The notes beneath the pieces were generated by a model, which saw only the letters and a list, made by a program, of their open reading frames with translations, searched no databases and was not told where the DNA came from. The position numbers were made by a program, and so were the translations under genes. From the NCBI GenBank assembly GCA_017654855.1, contig CM030332.1:1922001-1986000 (forward strand): a stretch of DNA of 64,000 bases, in the 5' to 3' direction. The DNA comes from Podospora anserina (lineage: Eukaryota). Of this stretch, positions 1-13,590 are shown in pieces (within the stretch, counting starts at the first letter, position 1; every line of letters begins with the position of its first letter).

Positions 1-1019
1 ACAGTGTTAGGCAAGCGTTTCCTCTTTATGCAGCTAACACCACCGGCGCTCGTATCTCGAACAGTGCATTTTTCTCCCGCCACTTCAGTGGGCCGGGCCG
101 ATGCTACCGACTCTCAGTCCAAGGTCCGATGACGTGTTGGTGGTTACTTTCCGCCGGTGTCTGCTGCTTGGCCGTGGAGCCGAACAATCGCCCGATATTC
201 GCCTCCGGGAATCCACGGAGAGCCCTACGCGGACATAAAACTGAAATGATGCGCACCGCCCGACAGAAGCAACAAAGCTGGGTTTGAGGGTGAAATTTGC
301 TTATATCATCGATTTCATCGAGATCCACCAGCACAAGCTGTGACAGTGATGAGAAATTGGCTTTTGCTGCCCAATGGCTTTTGCTCCATGACTCGAACTT
401 CCATGGCGCCGGTGCCATGGCTTTTGGTGGACGGGACCAGCAAAATGTGGCATGAGGTACCAGGTTAGCTAGGTGATTGAGACGAGCCAGAAGCGATACA
501 GTTGGGGCGGAATAAAAGCCGTCAATGGCAGCCCAGAACCCACCAATCGAGATTCTAGACAATCATCATGCGGCTCTTTTGCCGTGAACCACTTCGTCGT
601 GGTTCGAGATGCCTATCTAGTCCCTGCAGAAACAGCGCCACCAGATCAGGTACAGGAGTATCCCTGGATTGGGCACCGCCTTGGCAACGATTGGCCCGGG
701 CTTGGGGAAGGGTTTCCGTGCCGAGTCAGAAGCCAAACTGGCAGAAATCCATGCTCTGTTTCAGCAAAAGCCATCTCTGACTAGAGCAAGCAGCACGCCA
801 AGAGACCCCAAGGTCCCAACGGCTTTGCGAGCTGCATTGCAGACAGATCACGACACGAGGAAGAAGACAAAATGCACCTCGATTCTTCTCATCCATTGAT
901 GGACACTCTGTAAAAATCAGAAAAAAAACAAAGACCGCTTGCTAAACCCTTGGGCAGTACGAAGTGAAAAAGAAACCACCGCCATTTTTTTATTTCCCCC
1001 AGAGCTCCCCGACCATAAA

Positions 1020-2030
1020 TTAATGCGAAGTAATGACGAAATTAGCGTTGTCGTACTTTTCGGCCTGGCAGAGAACCTTTCCTTGCGGGTTCATCAGATG
1101 CACCATGGCCGCTCCATCGATCCCAACATTCTTCCCACGCACTGTCGTCGCCTCGGTATCGAGAAACCACAGGTCCTGGAAGCTGGCAAAGGGAACCTGC
1201 TTGTTCGTTTCGGCCTCGTAGAAGTCCTCCAGAATCCACTCAACATCCCACCGGCACAGCTTGGGCCCGCTGGTCAAATTGAGCGTCATTGAGTAGCCGC
1301 GCTGAGCGTTTGTTACAATTCTTCAGTAGCCACAACCTGGTTAGCACTTTGCTTTTTGTCGGAAAAAGAGCTGCTGCTAGACTTACATCCTGCCGCTGGT
1401 CGCATCATGGGCTGTGATGTTGACGGACATCCAGTCCCCTGGCTTGACTGGGAGGTTGGCGATAGTGTACGCAGCACCTGGATACCACTCCCACCAAGCC
1501 GATGCACTCTGTCCACCGTTGGAGTTGACCTTTCCCCCCCCCCAACCAAATATGTCAGCAACTGATTCTCTTCATGTCAAAGAACCGATGCAACAACTTA
1601 CCACGGTAGTGACTCCAGCTTGCAACAAGGTCTGGTTGCACTTGGCTCCGTCGATACCGATCCAGGCCGCCGCATATTGAGGCGGAGGGATACCAGCTCG
1701 TAGCTTCAAGTCAGGGACAGTGAAATACCCAAACACATTGCGGATGGGGTCCGCATCGTTTGATCGCGAGGAGGCACCACACCAGTTGTCACTATAACTG
1801 ATGTCGTTGTTCCCTCTCTTGGCGGTCACATGCTGGCCTGTGGCGACGGTTGCGTTGCGGTGTCCACGTCTCCGGTGCTTCAACGGGGGAATCTTGACGA
1901 ACTGAAGCTTGGAGGCATCAGCAGCTTTGCCGTTCTCTTCTAGTGACACGGTGAACTCGAGTCCTGTGACGCCTGTTGTGGTGATCAGGGAGATGGCTCC
2001 CAGGAGCAGAGAAAATACCGAGTGCCGCAT
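1020..2030 (-). CDS. Secreted glutamic peptidase, family G1 (eqolisin/aspergilloglutamic peptidase-like); 3 exons (2030-1602, 1529-1387, 1320-1020)
   Basis: Signal peptide MRHSVFSLLLGAISLI and a propeptide ending in KR. G1 motifs SDNWCGA, AAWIGIDG, LLQAGV (catalytic Gln), AWWEWYP and EWILEDF (catalytic Glu) are all present. Both introns have GTAAGT donors, GCTGAC/GCTAAC branch sites and AG acceptors, and they join in frame. Confidence 0.9.
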
Positions 2031-5000
2031 CTTGATGGCGCAGCAGCTCACACTACCGGAGGGTACGGGGTTGTGGCTGGGGTGGTGGTTGATGACTGGT
2101 CTTAAGTTGAGGTTACTGTCGATCCTGAGCAAGGGCAATCCGTCAAAAGAGAGCGGGCAATCCGGGGTAAGCTGTCTTTTGTACGGTGACGAGATTTCCC
2201 TGGGAACAAAGGATCGAGATGAGCGGAAGGCTCTTCAGTTTGAGATGGCGGTTTAGCGAGCGTGTGTTGGGGGTGGGCAACCAAACCCAAAATGAGCGGC
2301 AGTCAGGGTCTGTCTGGCGAGAAAAGAAAGGTGCCACGGTCCGGTCGGTCCTGGAATGAGCGAACAGGAAGAGGGGATCAGGATCACGACACGCAACACA
2401 AAAACGATCTGCCGTACCCGGAAGTGTGTGCAGACTGGATGAAGAGGTGGTGGATGGTTGGTGGTTCAAAAGGCATGTATTCCCTAAAGCCTTCCAAATC
2501 CATCCATCAACAAGCCCACCCATCCCCCCCATCCCCCGGTGAGCTGATGGTTTTGCCAATTTCACCACCCCAACCCATGGTTCTATCGTCCATTCCGGTG
2601 TCCAGCGATTGGGCTCCGAGTTCCTGCGACAGCGACGTCCCGTCAGTGCGTTGCGACAATCCTGGAATTCGCCCTTCAATAGTCCAAGATTTTCGCGGGG
2701 CTAGCGCACCAGCGTAGCATCGACACCACCTAACCGGCCACACCTTCAGAGGGTCAACCGAGCCGGAGTCGCTTGTGGTCGGCGAGCATGGGTGCGATCT
2801 TAAAATAACTGCTGGTAAATTACAGGCAGGGCGGCCCGCTGAACGCTCTCGGCGTCCTGCATTGCGGTTCCGTGCTTGAAAAGCTCTGCTCTACTCTATA
2901 ACGGCCCGTCGATATAGCTTCTAGCTGGCCTTTACAGCACACCACGGACCCAACCAGCCATGCACCAAGACCCAGCCTAGACCTTACCGGTAGTGCCAAT
3001 CTCGGCCCAGCTAGCTCTCTTCATCGTGGCTTGCTTGGTAGAACCAGGGTTTTTGACATCTGTCAGGCCGCTTTGGGGAATTTTGTGTGCTGACAGAACT
3101 TTGCTAAGGTTTTTCTTGGAATCATGGAGTGTACGGTGTGATAATATCAGCCACGTGTTGGCCAAATGAATGAGGCTCTTCCGATCGGTTCTCATGCAGG
3201 TGGTGATGATGTGCACACCGAGGGACACTATATTGCCTCGGTTATTGGTAGAGATATTGGCAGCCAGCTGCTGGATGTTGATGACATGTACATGGTAACG
3301 GTATTCAGCTATCAACAGCTTGTATGAGTAAATAATAAGGTTGTTGTCAAGTCATGCCTGTGATCGTTCTGAAAGACAGCCGAGCCAATCTTCACAATGA
3401 CAAGTCAGAGCTAGCTGGGCCTCGTCGACACCGCCTGGAAATTCCCTCATCTTCTAGTCTTGGATCTGGTCCACAGCATCCCGTTATCCCGTCGACGGGG
3501 AACCAAGAAGCTGCTTTCCGCACATGACCCTGGTCCATAGGATCGCACATGCATTGCAGTCACCTTATCAGCCAACGTCCTCTTGGCTTGTTGAGAATTT
3601 CCTAGATTTTCATATCACCACGATTGGATGGACCCGAGCTTTCACGGCGACTTGCAGACGCAAGTTCTCCTGGTGAGCCTAAGCTCAAGCACCTACCTCT
3701 CTCAGGTGGCAGCATAGCTGCGGCTCGCTTGATATCCGATGAGTGAGTAGGCCTTTCCATGATGTAAGTGGGTTCAAGGTTAACCGTCGCCGGCTTATTA
3801 AGGGAAAGAGCACCGGAGCAACAAAGGTTGGAAACCTCGCGTTGGGGGCCATCCCGCCTTTGCTCCTTCCCTTCAGAAAATGAGACAGAAATTAGATGAC
3901 TCCTAGGAAGGACTCCGCTGCCCAACAAAAACAGAGATCGATCGGTTTTTTACGATGCTGGTGGGAACCGATTGGTTTTGTACCGAAGACAGCCGTCCAG
4001 TGAAGGAGCGACTTCTTTGATTCATTTCTCAGCAACATTCCCTAGGTGAAGTGTACCGTATTCTGTTAAAAAAAATATTCCATGAAAGAGTCGTTCGAGT
4101 TTACCCGTTCATTTGCCCTTGTGTACATCATTCGGTGCAAATTCATTCCTTTCCTTCGCCTCGAATCATAACGTAAAGAATCATCCCTCATCTTGCTGTC
4201 AAGTAATGGCTTGCTTATTTTTTCTCTTTGCGGCTGATCTCTCTAGGTACCTAGTCGGTCTCTTTGAAACCAAACACAAGTTTGGATCTCGCCTTGTGTT
4301 GGTGCGGATTTTGAGTGAGAAGAGCTATTTCACATTCATGAGACCAAACGCCAGCTTTTATGGGTTTTCATATATTCTTTGAGTCCTTAATGAGTAGCGT
4401 ATAAGCACCCTTCAGGATATTACGAGTTAGAACATATTTATCACATGAGAGCATGATACCAGGGTCAAGTGAAGCTCATCCGACCCGCTGTTTATCTTGC
4501 TTTCGTAGAGTCTTTAGTGGTGAGGATGATGGAGCTTGGAGTTGACTCAATGAGCATCTTTGCAATGATGGTTCCATGTGATTTGATTAATTTTATCCTT
4601 CCTCACATCCTCATCTCACTCATCTCACTCACCTCAGCGAAATGGTTACACGGGTACACCACCCACCTTCACCTTATTGCTCAAAGATTGGACGGGCACA
4701 CACACACACACCCCACAGCTCTGCCCAGCTGTCCACAGCCGGAGAGCCGAAAAGGTACAAAAGATTCGCCACGCTCCCTCGTGTTTGTGTTTGTAAGACC
4801 TTCCACGCGGCCATCTTAAACAGCCCAGTTGTCTGCCCACCGGTCGGCCGACAGAGCACACACTTGACCATTGCCCACGCAACTGCGCAGCCGTGGCTTC
4901 ATCCAGATCATCACATCACCATCACCGTCATCATTGAAATAACCGAACTCAGCCGGCTCAGCTAACCTTCTAGCCCCTTCCACAAGTTACACCGAATATT

Positions 5001-6099
5001 TCTGCACTTTTGCATCATGAAGCCTCGTCAATCTCCCAAGGTCGGATCGGGTATCGAGCCTGACAATGAAAGATCGGCATTTTCATCGCGCCTCATTCAC
5101 TCAGCTACCTACATTACATCAAACAGCACTTTCAACAGCCCAACCGGCTTTCCCGCTCTCGAATTTGCTTGAACAGCTGTCAAAGATGGACCAGATCAAC
5201 ATGCATATCGCATAAGCATCGACAGCCTCACCATGCCAGTTTTCCCCGGGGACGCAAACCAAGTCGGCCTGCAGCAAATCTCTGCCACTCAAAATCATCT
5301 GTGAAACAAGCAAAGAAATCCCAAAACAAGCCTGAAAATCAGAGACAAGACCCAAGCCAGGCCATTTCGGCTCCGTACATACCCGTCTACATGCGCTCGC
5401 TATGTCATGAGAGTACAAAGACAGCCCTGAAAAGTGCCAGAAGCAGATTTCCATCTTGATGTTTGTGTCGCGGAAAAGCCCGTCATTGATTTGATCATTC
5501 CACTGCATAAGGCAGAGAACATCGGGACAACACCACACACCACCATGACACAAGGCCAATATAAGTCGGAGTTCGGGACCGTCAAGTGTAACAATAATAC
5601 TATATCCTGTTTTTGCACATTTGAGCGGTGCGGGCAGCTGAGAATAGGTAAGGTAGAGATGCATGATTACACCTACGGCGCAGCCGATTGTTCCGAATTT
5701 TTCTAAAGGCAGATAGATCAACGGACCAACTCCTGGTCGTCGTACACAAAGCCTGCAAAGTCAGCCTCATACTCCAGTCCTCAGGCTTTCATCACCGATG
5801 TAAAATGGACTATTTGCCTGTCTGGTTGACATCTCTTGCGATATTAGCATCTGTCTCACGTTACCGATGCGTTGAACGTTCTACTGCACAGATCCAAAAC
5901 ACCGGTGGCAAGTAGGTGTTTGTGTGGCTCATTGGAGTAGAAGTAGTGGTAAGGTAATCAAGGTCATGATCAAGGAAAATTGTCAGGTTATCTCATTGTA
6001 CCCAAAGGTGTACCTGGAACTGCGCAATGTGTGGTACCCTGACAATCACGTGTATTTTTCACTGCCCACCCAATGACGCATTTTCTTTTGTTCCACAAG

Positions 6100-6130
<31 letters not shown>
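6100..6130. repeat. (CA)n microsatellite
   Basis: Direct reading; one interruption (CATA). Confidence 0.9.
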
Positions 6131-6509
6131 CGAAGTGGTATGTCTCCGGTGTCGGAGGTGAGGAGTTGGAAAATCGATCATGGGAGGTCACACCGAGCGT
6201 GGTGGTTAGCGAGCACCACTTTATGGTCACCACTGCGATCAGTTCATTCAGGTCATGTTAGGTAAAATTGTCCAAAAAGTTCAATTGTGTCCCACGGTAT
6301 CAAGCTGTTGCCCCTAGTGCTCAGTAACGCCTTTCCTTAGCCCTCCAGATCCCAGGCTGATATCCAATTTTCCAGGAGTAGCCAATTTTGTGCCCATTTT
6401 CCTCTGTCCAGTGCCTTGCCAAACGCTATGCATATTGTAATCCAACCCCCCCCCCAAAAAAACGCGAGAAAACAATGAAAACTGTAGAAAGAAAAGAAAA
6501 TCAAGAGGA

Positions 6510-7775
6510 TCAGTGAATATGCTTCAACATCCTCAAGTACTTCTCCCCCACCAACTCCCTCTCCCCTTGCTTCGCCCTCAACCTCAAATCCTCATCAATA
6601 GTAATAGCTTCCACATCCTTCCCCTTCCCCTTACTTCCCCCGGCTACTTCCCTCATCTCAGGCATAGCCTGCCTCAGCAAATCCTTCAAGATCTTCACCC
6701 TCGGCAGCTGGCACCAGCTAGCCTCGTAAACCAACCACTCCCCCAAGCTCTTAATCAACGGCTTATCCTCCGGCCTGATGGTCTCCCCAAGCACGCACGC
6801 CAACCTCGCAAAACACCCAACAAGCATCACCCACCCAACCGCATCCTCCGCGCTCGTGCTGCCCGGCGGCTGCTTAAAAGCCACAGTTCCGCACCCGTCC
6901 CCCCCCTGCGCAACAAGCCCCTTGAACGACCACCGGTACGTATCCGTCATGAAATCCTGCCCATCCTCCGAAAGCGACAACCCCGTAGCAGAATTAGCAG
7001 AGCACCAGTTCATCCTCATAGCCAGCCCATTGATATCCAGCTTGCCCCCCTTGTCAAACTTGTCAAAACACTGCCTCATGCTCTTTGCCGAGCCGAAATA
7101 GGCGTTGTACCTATTGCTCTTGGCCCAGACTGACTTCCTCCGATAAGGCGGGACAAGCTCGTCAAGGCAGGATTCGAAATAGAGGGCAGACTTGGCTAGG
7201 CACTCCAGCTGCCCGTACGTCCAGTACCCTCGCTCAGGGACGATGTGGATGTGCGTGAAGCACTGGTGGGAGCTCGTGACTTCAAAGTTCGCCTCGAGGA
7301 CGTGAAAGAGGGTGTAAATCTTTTTGAGCCAAGACTCGTGCTTGGTCGCTGTGAACCTCATGAAGGGAGACACAAGCTTGATGCCGAAGCGGTGGTCTTT
7401 GGCGTGGTCGGGGATGCTGGCTTCGGTGGTGATGGTCCATTCGCGGGAGGAGGGGCTGTCCAACACCTGGACGGCGTAGGATGATGATGATGATGTTTGT
7501 TTTAATGGGGAGGTGATGACCGAGTTGGGGATGTTTTGCTTGGTGAGGGTCCGGCTGAGCTCTTTCTCGAGACCGGCCGACTCTTTGTGGTCGAGGGTGC
7601 GGCTTCGGAGGACGAGCCCGAGCTCCATGCAGAAGCGGAAGTCGGGGACGTTTGGGCGGTTGATGGTGACGGTTTGTTGGACTGGGCTGTAGTGGTATGA
7701 GGTGGAAGAGGAGCTGTGGTGTGAGCGTCCTGTCGAGGCCGACGACGGCGAGGGGTACCTCGTGGTGTGCGGCAT
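6510..7775 (-). CDS. Putative amidoligase-family (COOH-NH2 ligase fold) protein with degenerate catalytic motifs; intronless
   Basis: The motif order FCMELGL / WTITTEASI / GIKLVSP / CFTHIHI / YFESCLDELVPPYRR..WAKSN / YRWSF / GTVAFKQPPG mirrors fungal amidoligase-like proteins. First ATG is at 7775; the ORF track uses a TTG at 7826. Confidence 0.75.
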   Translation of the reverse strand: MPHTTRYPSPSSASTGRSHHSSSSTSYHYSPVQQTVTINRPNVPDFRFCMELGLVLRSRTLDHKESAGLEKELSRTLTKQNIPNSVITSPLKQTSSSSSYAVQVLDSPSSREWTITTEASIPDHAKDHRFGIKLVSPFMRFTATKHESWLKKIYTLFHVLEANFEVTSSHQCFTHIHIVPERGYWTYGQLECLAKSALYFESCLDELVPPYRRKSVWAKSNRYNAYFGSAKSMRQCFDKFDKGGKLDINGLAMRMNWCSANSATGLSLSEDGQDFMTDTYRWSFKGLVAQGGDGCGTVAFKQPPGSTSAEDAVGWVMLVGCFARLACVLGETIRPEDKPLIKSLGEWLVYEASWCQLPRVKILKDLLRQAMPEMREVAGGSKGKGKDVEAITIDEDLRLRAKQGERELVGEKYLRMLKHIH

Positions 7776-10122
7776 TGTGGTTGATGATCTTTGTGAACTG
7801 GTTGTAGATGGATAGAACGTAGACAATTGGAGTGTTTCTCAGAAACTTTGGAAGTTCAAGTGGAAGGTGACGAGGGACAGAGGTTCAACGTTGGGAGAGG
7901 TCGTCAGGGGATTATATGGCCGCTGGTATGTGTGTGTATGTATGTAAGTATGTAAGTATGTGTTGTTGGTCAGTGACCACCGTGCCAATGATATGGCCAA
8001 CACAAAGCTGAACAAAGAAACACAGAGTGACAATGTGACAAGCTCATGACAATAATTCCACACCTGCGGGGACCCGAAGGCCCTATATACCAAGACCATT
8101 CTGGATGGATAATGTTGAGGGAATCGTCTGCCTGGAGGCAAAAAAGAAGACAAGGGGGGAGGACGGTGTTACAATGCCGTCTGAGAACGTCATGTTGGGA
8201 AGCATGTATCATGCAGCCACGACAGCCACCACTCCGATGAGAGACCCGGCATGCACAATTGCGGAGAACAGGAACTCGCCGTGATGGCTCAGCCGGCGGA
8301 ACGAGGGGGTGAGAGGTGGAGGCATCCAAATCCTTGCGCTGCAGGTCATAAGGAAAAAGAGGGGTAGCGGCGCTTTCCGCAGGCAACCATCGTCAAATCA
8401 GAACTCCCCAGTGTCACGAGGCAGAACTCGAGGTGAAATCCCACTATCACCCTAGGGATTCAGGACTTATCTGCCAGCCGGCCAACGGCCGCTTATCCGA
8501 GGCCGCCAGGCGGCTATGGCTGCACAACGGTGCTGTCCTCAGGTTCAACCCCCCGCGTTTTCCCCACTTGCTCAGCCTCTGAGTGCATTTGCACGATGGA
8601 CATGTCAAGATTCCATTGGGTATTGATGCCTGAGGACAAGTGAAACCCTGCAGTACCGAGAGATTGGAGCCGATATCAACAAAGAGTTTCTTGTTGTCCC
8701 CCAAAATAAACACTGCCACAATGACGGGACATGGAGCTACTCCGTATCCCACTTCCTGGCGCAGAGCCGCATTGAGGCGCGCGCTTTTGTTCTGTGGGGT
8801 CATTGACGGGGACGATGCTTCTCCCATAGGGCTGTACTACGAGGGCGACTAAACCACACTACTCCAGACAAGCGCAAGGGTCCTTCAAAAGAGCCAACGG
8901 TAAGTTTCATGAAGAAACTGGCGGGGGGTGATGGCTTCATTGGGATGATGAATGAGATGCGGCTCTTTGAATTACAGGGGACTGTCTAAGCGCGAGCTGA
9001 GACCAACGCGGACCCAATGGAAGGGGAATTGTTCCAGACGGCGCGTAACAAAATGAGGGTGCAACAATGAAGTTTCTATTCTCATGATGTTTTAGACCTG
9101 CCGCAAAGTTAGTCTTTCATGTGATGATAATATATTTCTTGTGTAGGTGCTTTTGCGTTGTTGAAACCTTGCACTCATTCACCAAAACCACAGCTATCAT
9201 GAAAAGCCTCATGAGAGCTTCACGGGAAATGAGTGAGACCTAATCAATCCTGCCGGGTGGCATCCGATTGCTGCATCAATCTCTTCACTCTCCCACCCTC
9301 TCACAACTCACAAAGCATTGTCACTGCACCAAAGCCTCCTTCAACAGGTCGCACCCTGTCTGAAAAGTGATGCAAACAACAAAGAACAACCTGAGGCGTC
9401 AACCATATCGGGCCTCATTTCTCAGACACGTCACAAGAAAATCATTTCTTCAATCGCCAGCTGAAGAACACGCAATCTGCTTCCGTATTTCCCCCTCGGA
9501 CCCGGACAAGCACTGGCAGATCGGACTGGTGCCTAGTGGCCAGAGCCTGCCTGGTTCCGACCTGCATGCAGGCACCACCACCGCTTGAATCTTGACCTGC
9601 AGAACAGAAAATAGGTAGTATCACCCTTAGTGGAGCAAGAATTGAGTCATTGGGAATCTATTGAACTGAAGAATTTGAGTGACATCGTGTCTTGATCGGC
9701 AATTGAAAGAGGTGACCTGGTGGCTTCTAAGTAATGTACCTTCCGCCCTTTGATCAACATGCCATGCAGATATGCATCAGAGTCATCAGATCGGATGGCA
9801 GGTTCTCAACTGTTTCTTCTTGAAGTTGGAAACGTGGCCATCCCTTATCTCTTGCCTGTCGATCATTATCATGGTACAATCAATGGTTACGGCTATCCAG
9901 AGCAGAGGTACTCAAGAGCTGCAAATCCTATCAGCAAACAAGACAATCTGTCAATGGCAAACAAATCACGGAACACAGGTTTGAAATCTATTCTCATTTG
10001 ATGAAATCAAGGCATGATGGCATTCCCACACCCAATGAACCAGATCCCACTTGCCAGTAACTCTAACCGAACCCAAACCCGCCTGCTAAACGTACACAAA
10101 ACATGATGGGAAAATGACCCCC

Positions 10123-11140
10123 TTACTCGCAAGCCCTCAACACCTCCTTGATACTCTCCGCCGACTGCTTCAACAGCTCCTTCTCCTTCTCATCCAGCAA
10201 CAGCGGCACATCCTGGTGAGCACCCGCCCTGTTCAGCTTGCAAGGCATGCTCAACGCAACATCATCCACCCCAGCATACGTCCCCACCCTCGAAACCGTC
10301 ACCAAGGCATCGCCATCAGTGATGATCGGCTCCAAGATGCTGACCAGCACCGAAGCAACACCATAGTTGGTCTTGCCCTTGCGCTGGATAATCTCGTACG
10401 CCGCGTCCTTCGTCCTCTGGGAGCAACCGTCCATGACCTCCTGGTCGTACGGAATCCCCTTTTGCGCCGCATAGTCCCTCAACCTCATGCCCGCAATCGA
10501 AGCAAGGGACCAAACCGGCAGCTGACTGTCACCATGCTCGCCAATAATCACCGCGTGCACGTTTCGCGGGTTGACGCCAAACTGCTTGCCCAGCTCGTGT
10601 CTGAATCTGGTCGTGTCCATGGCTGTCCCGGAGCCAATCACCCTCTCCACCGGGAAACCAGACAACTTGAGAGCGGCATGTGTGAGGACATCAACGGGGT
10701 TGGTCGCAATGATGAGAATCGTATCTGGCGCGGCGGCGGCGATCTGGGGGATGATGGACTTGAACAACCCGTAGTTGGTCTTGACAAGGTCCATTCTGGT
10801 CTGACCTGGCTTTTGATTGACGCCGGCTGTGACGATGACGGCTGTGGCTCCCGCGCAGTCGTCGTAAGAGTCACCTACACGAACACGGGCCTGGGCATAG
10901 TGGGCGGCGTGGCTCATGTCAATGGCCTCACCCAGGGCGCGGTTCGTGTCGATGTCGATGAGAACGATCTCGGCTGCGAGCCCTGATAGGAGGAGGGCAT
11001 AGGCGGTAGTAACACCGACGGAGCCGGCACCGACAATCACGATCTTGATGGACTGTTCTCTTGGTCAGTTCTGAAAAGGCCTTGATATGAGCAGAGATAA
11101 GGAGACGGACTCTAACGTTGGCTGCATTGGAGGCAGGCAT
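10123..11140 (-). CDS. ldh: NAD-dependent L-lactate dehydrogenase; 2 exons (11140-11111, 11052-10123)
   Basis: KIVIVGAGSVG Rossmann motif; substrate loop TAGVNQKPGQTRMDL with Gln at the LDH specificity position; NPVD, GSGTAMDTTRFR and GEHGDS motifs. The short first exon MPASNAANVR is joined by a GT..CTGAC..CAG intron. Confidence 0.92.
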
Positions 11141-11201
11141 TTTGGCGGTTGTGTAGGTGGCGTGCCACGTGCTGTCTAGTAACTGCTGTTGCTGAATGTG
11201 T

Positions 11202-11225
11202 TGTGTGTGTGTGTGTGTGTGTGTG
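11202..11225. repeat. (TG)n microsatellite about 60 bp upstream of the LDH start
   Basis: Direct reading. Confidence 0.9.
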
Positions 11226-11895
11226 AAGAGGAGAGTGTTGGGGCTGATCGGGTCGTCACTCGTGGGGAACGTTGGAAGCGAAAGAGGGGTTGTGGTTGTG
11301 GGTTGCAAATGCCAAGACTTGATGCTTCCGTCCTGGACAGTGATGAGGGTTGATTCTGAGGCCTGTCGATGATACAGAGGATGTTGATGATGCTCCAAAA
11401 GCTGTCAAGAGGTTTCAGGAGGCTTATAAGCTAAACGGCAATATTGGGTTCCGACAGCTTGGTCCCTGCAGTGAGCTGAGGAATGAAAGAGTGGATTGCG
11501 TGGAGTGTTGTTGGGAGGGATCATGGCCTGATCCTTTGTTTGCGTAGATGCTTGGAGCGGCCAATTAGTGGGGTGAACTGAGCCCAAGGCGCCCTTCCAC
11601 CGACTGACGCTCATCCACTGTGACACGACAGATATCGGAGCATTTTTATTCGTTCCCGCCAACATCTCATGCAAAGAACTGGAAATTGGGGCAGTGAGAT
11701 GCGGGAATAGATGCCGAGGAGGGAGCCACATGGAAGGGCCAAGACCTCAACCCTGCCAAGGTGGGGGTTAGGGTTTGCCGTATCATCACGGATGGCGCCG
11801 ACGACCATGGTGATAGGTTCAATTTTAATTGTGGAATGATTCAAAGGTAAACACTGATTTACTGGATATCCAACCAAGGTATCTTAGACATCCAT

Positions 11896-13590
11896 CTACG
11901 CAATCCAGAACCAAACCCTTTGCAACCAGTTCTTCGGCACAGGCTTAACATCGCCCTCACACCACTCGTCCATTTCCTTCTTGCCCGTCACCACATCGAT
12001 ATCAGCCAATGGCTTCGCCAAGGGCGTCCTGTACACAATCTTGTGTCCCACATATAACAACAAAAATGCCGGAATAGTGATGTACGCCGCCAAAAAGTTC
12101 TTGTAGTCGAACCCCCCGTCAGCTGCCTTGATGGCAAACACTTGAAATCCGTTGGTGAGGGTAAGAAGCGATATGAGAACCAGCACAAACCAAGAGAGGT
12201 ATGGCTGCCCGATCGTTTTAAATGGCAGTGTGTCTAGTAGACCCTGGAATTTCAGAGCCGAGCGGAAGCGGAGATAGGTGATGAGAACCACGATCCAAGC
12301 GATGAAACCGGAGATGGTGGAGATGTTCATGAACCAGGTGAATACTGTGGCGCCGTTTTCGGAGACGTTGAGGTAGGCCAGAAGCCCGAGCGACCACGTC
12401 CCAAGGACGGCGGCGTAAGGAACACCTCTGCGTGTAGTCCTGGTGAAAATATGTGGTGCTTGGCCGGTTGCCGCCAAGGAGTACAGGATACGTGATCCAG
12501 AGTAAAGAAAGGCATTACCGGCTGACCACGCAGAGGTGAGAATGGCGGCATTGATGACGTGGTTAAGGCCACCAATGCCTGCTTCCTGAATACCGATGAC
12601 CCAGGGAGAGGCGTTGGCGTTCGACTCAGGGGACAAAAGGCGCGGGTGATCGGATCGGACGAGACAGCCGAGAATCAAACTGCTGACACCGTAGAAGATA
12701 GCCAGACGGTACAAGAAGCGGCGAGCAGCCTTGGGAATGTTCCGCCGAGGAGCAACAGTTTCACCAGCCGCGAGACCGATAAGCTCAGGGGAGGTGATGA
12801 AACTGAACCCAGCTCTGACAAATGCCGTCCAGTATGCCAAAAAGTTGCCCCAACTTCCCGTTGCCACATATGGTTTGATGGCACCAGGATCATTCCAAGT
12901 CCCGAACCCAATCGCTTCCCTGTTGGGCGCTCCGCCGGCCATGATGACAATTCCCGTAATGATCAAACCCAGGATGGTGATCAGCTTGATGCTGGCAAAC
13001 CAAAACTCGGCCTCGCCAAAAACCTCAACGGCAATGATGTTGAGAGCCAGGCAGACAATCAAGATGATCGTGATCCAAACAGCAGCATGAACGGGAGTGT
13101 CCCAGTAATCCAGCAGGATAGCTCCCGCTGAAGCTTCCGCTGCCACCAGAATGGCATACGCATACCAATAGTTCCAGCCGGCCGCAAAAGCCAAACTGCT
13201 ATCGACATACCGGTTCGTGAAATATGGTAGCGTGATTCCTCTCATCGGAAGATAGGTAGTCATTTCAGCAATGGCGTTCATCACACACCACACAACAAAC
13301 ATCTGTGAAAGGTAACCCAGCCATAATGGCAGTGGACCGACAAGCGCGAGAATTCCACCAGAGCCAACAAAAAGGCCTGTTCCGATGCTGTTGTCCGTGT
13401 GAGCTGCCAGTAATTCATGATGAAGAGAGGGAGATTTGGGCAATACTTACGCGCCACCCAGTGCCAAAAACTGAATGTGTCTACTTTTCAACCCACGTTG
13501 AAGTTGTGAGTCCTTGTCGAGCGAGACAAGCCCATCTAGCAGCTCGGGGCCACTGCCGCTTTCAACCGACCCTTCGTGCTCCGACTTCAT
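11896..13590 (-). CDS. Amino-acid permease (APC superfamily, yeast amino acid transporter family); 2 exons (13590-13451, 13387-11896)
   Basis: LQRGLKSRHIQFLALGGA|IGTGLFVGSG, FGEAEFWFASIK, GETVAPRRNIPKA and about 12 hydrophobic segments. Canonical intron. Confidence 0.93.

Noticed and set aside
104-900. Short ORFs on both strands (e.g. 473..784, 669..899)
   Set aside because: Partly protein-like and may be the decayed 3' end of a gene, but no motif or consistent frame could be recognised.
2900-5950. Fragmentary ORFs (2977..3315, 5119..5721 and others)
   Set aside because: Multiple stops and no recognisable family; possible relics but unsupported.
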